In this document: piece after piece, positions 59,642 through 64,000 of the stretch | Numbering within the stretch: position 1 is the stretch's first letter | How the letters are laid out: the number at the start of each line of letters is the position of its first letter | Assembly (NCBI GenBank): GCA_021816935.1 | Contig: JAKAWR010000010.1 | Location: forward strand, 42,607-106,606 | Reading direction: 5' to 3' | Length of the DNA stretch: 64,000 nt | Origin: Actinomycetes bacterium | GTDB taxonomy: Bacteria > Actinomycetota > Acidimicrobiia > Acidimicrobiales > JAMCPL01 | Program-made: the position numbers and the translations under genes | Notes under the pieces: generated by a model | What the model saw: only the letters and a program-made list of their open reading frames with translations | Told to the model about the DNA's origin: nothing | Databases searched by the model: none

Positions 59642-60403
59642 GTGGCACCGATGGCAAAGCAGGAGGCCTACGAAACGATGCTCCGGCATCATACTCTTCT
59701 AGCGGAGCAGCTCGATGATCGGGTGAAGGCCGTGCGATCGGCAGTAGCCGATGCGACCTGCAACAGCGAGTCCGGTGACGCTGTCGCGCCTGGCTCCCGA
59801 AGGGCGATGGGGTTCCGGACCCGAGCGCCGGGCTACATGCCGGCGGTGGCGGAACTGGCGGCGTTCCTGGCCGAGGAGGTCCTTACCCACGCCCAGGCCG
59901 AGGAAGAGTCCATTTATCCTGTCGCAGCGAGCCTGCCCGGTCTCGCAGGCGTTATCGACGGTATGATCGAGGGGCACCGGAAGCTGTCATCTCTAGCGCG
60001 GGAGTTGGATGGCATCGAGGATGGAGCAGGCGCGGTAGGCAAGGCCGATGAGATTGCAGGGCTTTTCGCTGGTCACGCGTGCGAGGAGAACGACATCGTT
60101 CTCCCGCCTCTTCTGGACAACGAGAGCGTCGACCTTACCGGGTTGCTTGCAGAGATGCACCGGCTGACCGAACAGGCGCGGGTGCTCGACGTTCGGCGTC
60201 TTGTTCCGGCCGAGCGCCACGAGGCGATCTTCGCGGCTTACGAGGCACTTGCCCCTGCGGAAGGCTTCGTGCTCGTGAACGACCACGACCCGAAGCCCCT
60301 GTACTACCAGTTCCAAGTAGAGTACGCGGGTCAATTTACGTGGGACTACCTGGAGTCGGGTCCCCGGACCTGGCGGGTTCGCATCGGGCGCCCACCGGCT
60401 TGA
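59642..60403 (+). CDS. Hemerythrin domain-DUF2249 fusion protein
   Basis: HH, HAQAEEESIYP, H and HACEENDIVLP hemerythrin ligands; LDVR...RH..IF...NDHDPKPLYYQF...WRVRI. Confidence 0.85.
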   Translation: MAPMAKQEAYETMLRHHTLLAEQLDDRVKAVRSAVADATCNSESGDAVAPGSRRAMGFRTRAPGYMPAVAELAAFLAEEVLTHAQAEEESIYPVAASLPGLAGVIDGMIEGHRKLSSLARELDGIEDGAGAVGKADEIAGLFAGHACEENDIVLPPLLDNESVDLTGLLAEMHRLTEQARVLDVRRLVPAERHEAIFAAYEALAPAEGFVLVNDHDPKPLYYQFQVEYAGQFTWDYLESGPRTWRVRIGRPPA

Positions 60404-60490
60404 TGGCCGCCAGTGGCGTCAAGGCAGTCCGGGTTTACGACGACCCGGGACGTTTATGTCCGGCCAGCGAACTCGAAATACGAAAACCGA

Positions 60491-60870
60491 GTGGAGGTGG
60501 CGGGAATTGAACCCGCGTCCCCCGGCTCTTCGACAGAGCTTCTCCGAGCGCATCCAGCGCAAGATCTCAGTTGCGGGAACGGTGCTGGCCCCGCCCGGGC
60601 AACCCAGCCGGCTCTAGTTTCCCAACCGCACCGCCGGCTGCGTGCAGGTTGGTATCCCCGATTTCATGACACCCCGTCCGCTAGAGGCGGACCTGCTCAG
60701 CAGTCGCCGTCCCCCGGGGAGAGGTACGGCAGGGGCGGGTTGCCCTCAATCAGGCAGCCAATGCCAGTTCAGAGTTGGCGTTTGTTTGTTTCCCGGCTCT
60801 TTAGCGTGGTTCCGGGCACCACGGCTCGCTTCCTCTGTCTCGACTACCGGAGTCGAATCCTTTCACCCCC
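60491..60870 (-). ncRNA. ssrA: tmRNA, tag peptide (A)ANSELALAA
   Basis: 5' GGGGGTGAAAGGATTCGAC; 3' GCGGGTTCAATTCCCGCCACCTCCAC; acceptor stem with G3-U wobble; tag ORF 60779-60750; CCA not fully encoded. Confidence 0.95.
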
Positions 60871-61146
60871 GTGTGAACATTTTCTTACAGGAACAGGCGT
60901 GTTCGATTCGTGCCCTTGCAGCAAACGAACACAGGTCTCTATTCCCGGTAGGAAACCGTCGATATGTGTTAACGCAACTTGTCAAGGATCGGTCGGGCAG
61001 GCACAGGGCCGGCACCCGAAGCGTGAGGGTGCGCGTTGCAGACCCTCACCTCTGGTAATAAAGTGTACACCGGCGGTCGAGCAGCGGTGCACGGCAGGTG
61101 AGGCACGCCGGATCTACGGTGGACGAAGAGAGAAAGGGAGACGGCA

Positions 61147-61899
61147 ATGAAGACGAGCACGAAGGACGCGCTGCGGGCGGAGACCGTGTTCATCCCCGGC
61201 CATGGCGGCGACGAGATCGAGGCCTACCTGGCTCAGTCGCTGGCGGAGGGTTCCCATGGTTCAGTGGTCGTCCTTCACCACATGCCGGGATACGACGAGG
61301 GCACGAAGGAGATAGCCCGCCGGTTCGCCTCGCAGGGCTACATTGCGGTGGTTCCCAACCTTTACAGCAGGGAGGCTCCCGACAAGAGCCCGGAAGAGGC
61401 ATCCCGGATAGCGAGGGAGCAGGGCGGCGTTCCCGATGAGAGGCTGGTTGGTGACGTGGATGGAGCGGCGTCGTTCGCTAAGTCGCTCGATTCGTCTAAC
61501 GGGAAGGTCGCGGTAATCGGCTACTGCTCGGGAGGAAGGCAGGCATTCCTCGCCGCATGCAGCCTAGACCTCGATGCTGCCGTCGACTGCTACGGCGGTT
61601 TCGTCGTGAAGACCCCTCCTGCCGAGATGCCCTTGCATGTCAAGCCGGTGGCGGACAAGGCGAAGGACCTGTCGTGCCCCCTTCTCGGGCTCTTCGGAGC
61701 TGAAGACGCCTTCCCGGCTCCCGACGAGGTGGCGGACCTCGACCGCATTCTTACCGAGGCCGGCAAAGAGCACGACTTCCATACCTTCGAAGGGGCCGGT
61801 CACGGGTTCTTTGGCGCGGATGGGGATATGTTCAGGCCGGCTGCCGCCAGGGAGGGTTGGTCCATTATCTGGGACTTCTTCCATAGGCACCTCGAATGA
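61147..61899 (+). CDS. Dienelactone hydrolase family protein
   Basis: GYCSGG nucleophile, FGAED and GAGHGF. Confidence 0.9.
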   Translation: MKTSTKDALRAETVFIPGHGGDEIEAYLAQSLAEGSHGSVVVLHHMPGYDEGTKEIARRFASQGYIAVVPNLYSREAPDKSPEEASRIAREQGGVPDERLVGDVDGAASFAKSLDSSNGKVAVIGYCSGGRQAFLAACSLDLDAAVDCYGGFVVKTPPAEMPLHVKPVADKAKDLSCPLLGLFGAEDAFPAPDEVADLDRILTEAGKEHDFHTFEGAGHGFFGADGDMFRPAAAREGWSIIWDFFHRHLE

Positions 61900-61939
61900 G
61901 AGTCGCCGGGTTCGTCGCTGCGAAACGCGTCAGAGGCTC

Positions 61940-61992
61940 CGGCGTCATCTGGCTGGCGAGATCGCATGGTTATTTATGAGACGGTGCGCTAG
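61940..61992 (+). mobile_element. Partial copy D of the MITE-like repeat, overlapping the smpB 3' end
   Basis: 48/53 identity to the reverse complement of 42827-42879, ending in CTAG. Confidence 0.8.
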
Positions 61993-62496
61993 CTCCCGGG
62001 CAGCCTCCCTCGATTCGTCGCGCTCCTGAATGGCCTGTCGCTTGTCCCACATGCGCTTACCACGTGCGAGTGCGAGCGACACTTTGGCCCTGCCCTGCTT
62101 GAGGTAGATGGCTAGCGGTACGAGGGTGAGGGAGGCCCTCTCCACCTTCCCGGCGAGCTCGTCGATCTCGGCCCGGTGAAGTAGCAGCTTGCGCTTCCTG
62201 TCCGGGTCGTGCGCCCCGTAGGCTCCCCCCTGCTCGTAGGGTGCAATGTGGGCGCCTATCAGCCACATCTCCCCGCCGTCGACGGCACCGTACGCGTTGG
62301 AGAGCGAGCACTGGCCAGCGCGTAACGACTTGATCTCGGATCCCTGAAGCACAATCCCGCATTCGAAAGTCTCGATGATGTCATAGTCGAACCTGGCCCT
62401 CCGGTTACGAGCCATGGTCCGGGGCGCGCCCGTATCCCGCTTCCCGGCCTTGGCCCTGGATGGGTTCGGCGATCGTGGCTTCCTTGGACCCGTCAC
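61945..62496 (-). CDS. smpB: SsrA-binding protein
   Basis: NRRARFDY, GIVLQGSEIKSLR, RKRKLLLH, TLVPL and ARGKRMWDKR. Start is GTG 62496 or ATG 62415. Confidence 0.95.
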   Translation of the reverse strand: MTGPRKPRSPNPSRAKAGKRDTGAPRTMARNRRARFDYDIIETFECGIVLQGSEIKSLRAGQCSLSNAYGAVDGGEMWLIGAHIAPYEQGGAYGAHDPDRKRKLLLHRAEIDELAGKVERASLTLVPLAIYLKQGRAKVSLALARGKRMWDKRQAIQERDESREAARELAHRLINNHAISPAR

Positions 62497-62577
62497 GCCA
62501 GCCAGCGTACCAGGCTGTTTCGCCCGCCCTGCCGACAATTGAGGCGGGAACGTGGTCGGCTGCCGGTATGGTTGTAG

Positions 62578-63009
62578 GTGATGATCGTGCTGCCGGCTGG
62601 CCTGTATTCGGAGATGATGGCTCATTGCCTGCGGGGATTACCGGAGGAGGCGTGCGGGTTGCTGGGGGGTCACGGCGATGTAGCCGAGGTGTTCTATCCG
62701 GCGGGCAATGAGGCCCGTTCGGCCCGCCTGTATACCGTAGAGCCGAAAGCCCATCTCCTTGCCGACCGCGACGCCGAGGAAAGGGGCATGGCCGTCGTCG
62801 GCGTCGTTCACTCCCACACCCACACGGAGGCATATCCCTCACCGATCGACGTGGACCAGGCGGTGGATCCGTCCTGGCATTACCTGATCGCAAGCTTCTG
62901 CCGGGTGATGCCGTCGCTCAGGTCGTACAGGATCGTGGGTGGCGCGGCCGAGGAGGAGGAACTGAGGATCGTCGCCACGATGGGCGGCACTGGCGGCCTG
63001 CACGGATAG
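62578..63009 (+). CDS. mec: JAMM/Mov34 peptidase, CysO-cysteine peptidase
   Basis: PEEACGLL and HSHTHTEAYPSPID JAMM motif; upstream of cysO-cysM. Confidence 0.88.
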   Translation: MMIVLPAGLYSEMMAHCLRGLPEEACGLLGGHGDVAEVFYPAGNEARSARLYTVEPKAHLLADRDAEERGMAVVGVVHSHTHTEAYPSPIDVDQAVDPSWHYLIASFCRVMPSLRSYRIVGGAAEEEELRIVATMGGTGGLHG

Positions 63010-63183
63010 AATATTCAGATAGCGGATTAGAATAGTCGTAATTGACAACGAGTTGCTCTGGTCGAGGCGGAAATGCGGGGGTTCCCGCCGGTAGATCGCC
63101 AGGCTGGAAGCGGTTGTTGCAGCCTGTGATGGCCAGGAGATAGGAGAGTCGTGGAACGAGTTGTGGGAATTGGAGTCTCACCT

Positions 63184-63480
63184 GTGACAATAATTAAAGT
63201 GCCGGCAGTTCTTAGAACGCAGACCAATGGGCAGAGTTCGGTGGAGGTGAGCGCGAGGACTGTCGGGGAGGCGCTCAGGACGCTTGTGGACATCTATCCC
63301 GGCCTGCGCGGCCAGGTTGTCGATGGGGAGGGCGAGCTGCATCGTTTCGTTAATGTCTACGTGAATGACGATGACGTCCGCTATCTGGCGAAGCTGGGTA
63401 CCGAGATAGCGGATGGCGACACGATTACTATCCTGCCGGCCGTGGCAGGCGGCGACGGGCCGGTCGTCCGAGCCGGCTAG
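63184..63480 (+). CDS. cysO: Ubiquitin-like sulfur carrier (MoaD/ThiS family)
   Basis: LHRFVNVYVNDDDVRY...ILPAVAGG plus an 8-residue extension; GTG after GGAG. Confidence 0.85.
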   Translation: MTIIKVPAVLRTQTNGQSSVEVSARTVGEALRTLVDIYPGLRGQVVDGEGELHRFVNVYVNDDDVRYLAKLGTEIADGDTITILPAVAGGDGPVVRAG

Positions 63481-63536
63481 TCCGGATCGGGTGACAGAGG
63501 GACGAGGATGGGCTGCGGCCGGGGCCGGATCCGGCG

Positions 63537-64000
63537 ATGAGGCTCGCGAGCATATTGGACCTGATCGGTAAGACGCCGCTCGTGGACGTCTCTGGGCTGT
63601 CGCCCGTGCCGGCCGTTCGCATTCTCATGAAACTCGAAGGCCAGAACCCGGGCGGCTCCGTGAAGGACAGGGTTGCCCTCTCGATGGTGGAAGATGCTGA
63701 AGCCTCCGGCTCGTTGGGTTCCGGTGCCACGCTGCTCGAGCCGTCCTCGGGCAATACCGGCATCGCTCTGGCCATGGTGGCGAAGGTCAAGGGCTACCGC
63801 CTCAAGGTGGTGATGCCGGAAAACGTATCGGTCGAGCGGCGCCAGGTGCTTGAAGCCCTGGGTGCGGAGATCCTCGACTCCCCGGGAGCCGAGGGTTCGA
63901 ACGGCGCCGTTCGGATGGCAGAGAAGGTACATGCGGACCATCCAGAGTGGGTATTCCTGTACCAGTACGCGAACCCGGCGAACCCGAGGGCACACTACGA
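63537..64000 (+). CDS. cysM: PLP-dependent cysteine synthase (partial, runs off the window)
   Basis: MRLASILDLIGKTPLV...KLEGQNPGGSVKDR...EPSSGNTGIALA...YQYANPANP. Confidence 0.88.
   Translation, partial: MRLASILDLIGKTPLVDVSGLSPVPAVRILMKLEGQNPGGSVKDRVALSMVEDAEASGSLGSGATLLEPSSGNTGIALAMVAKVKGYRLKVVMPENVSVERRQVLEALGAEILDSPGAEGSNGAVRMAEKVHADHPEWVFLYQYANPANPRAHY

Noticed and set aside
60491-60520. att duplication of the tmRNA 3' end marking an intact island
   Set aside because: No second copy of the 3' end and no integrase seen in the window.

Overview
High-GC actinobacterial chromosome segment. Gene content (cofC, hupB-type HU, DUF222, class II RNR, mec-cysO-cysM, unshifted prfB) suggests Acidimicrobiia, which is an inference. 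It is mostly housekeeping: adenylate cyclase, cofC, HU, GH38 mannosidase, rpiB, rnhB, manB-Trm112-PGI/PMI-ahcY-secA-prfB, ftsEX-ddl, nrdJ with tandem NrdR boxes, an ABC exporter, fatty-acid genes, fabZ-xth-hydrolase-murF, thiE, a DtxR regulator, tmRNA, smpB and mec-cysO-cysM. The most notable signal is a dispersed ~160-210 bp non-coding element: three full copies (33073, 37621, 42830) plus a partial copy that supplies the last ~14 codons and stop of smpB. Its terminal inverted repeats differ in sequence between copies yet stay self-complementary, and its interior folds strand-specifically into a long rod with G-U pairs. Other notable signals are an orphan type IV minor-pilin trio containing a translationally coupled 52-aa micro-ORF that duplicates the prepilin leader, a decayed mazEF-like pair between prfB and ftsE, an orphan VirD4-like coupling ATPase, a CysO with a masked Gly-Gly, a decayed hemerythrin/DUF2249/SufT islet at the tmRNA 3' end, and many Gly-rich insertions in core enzymes. 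All calls come from reading the sequence; no searches were run.
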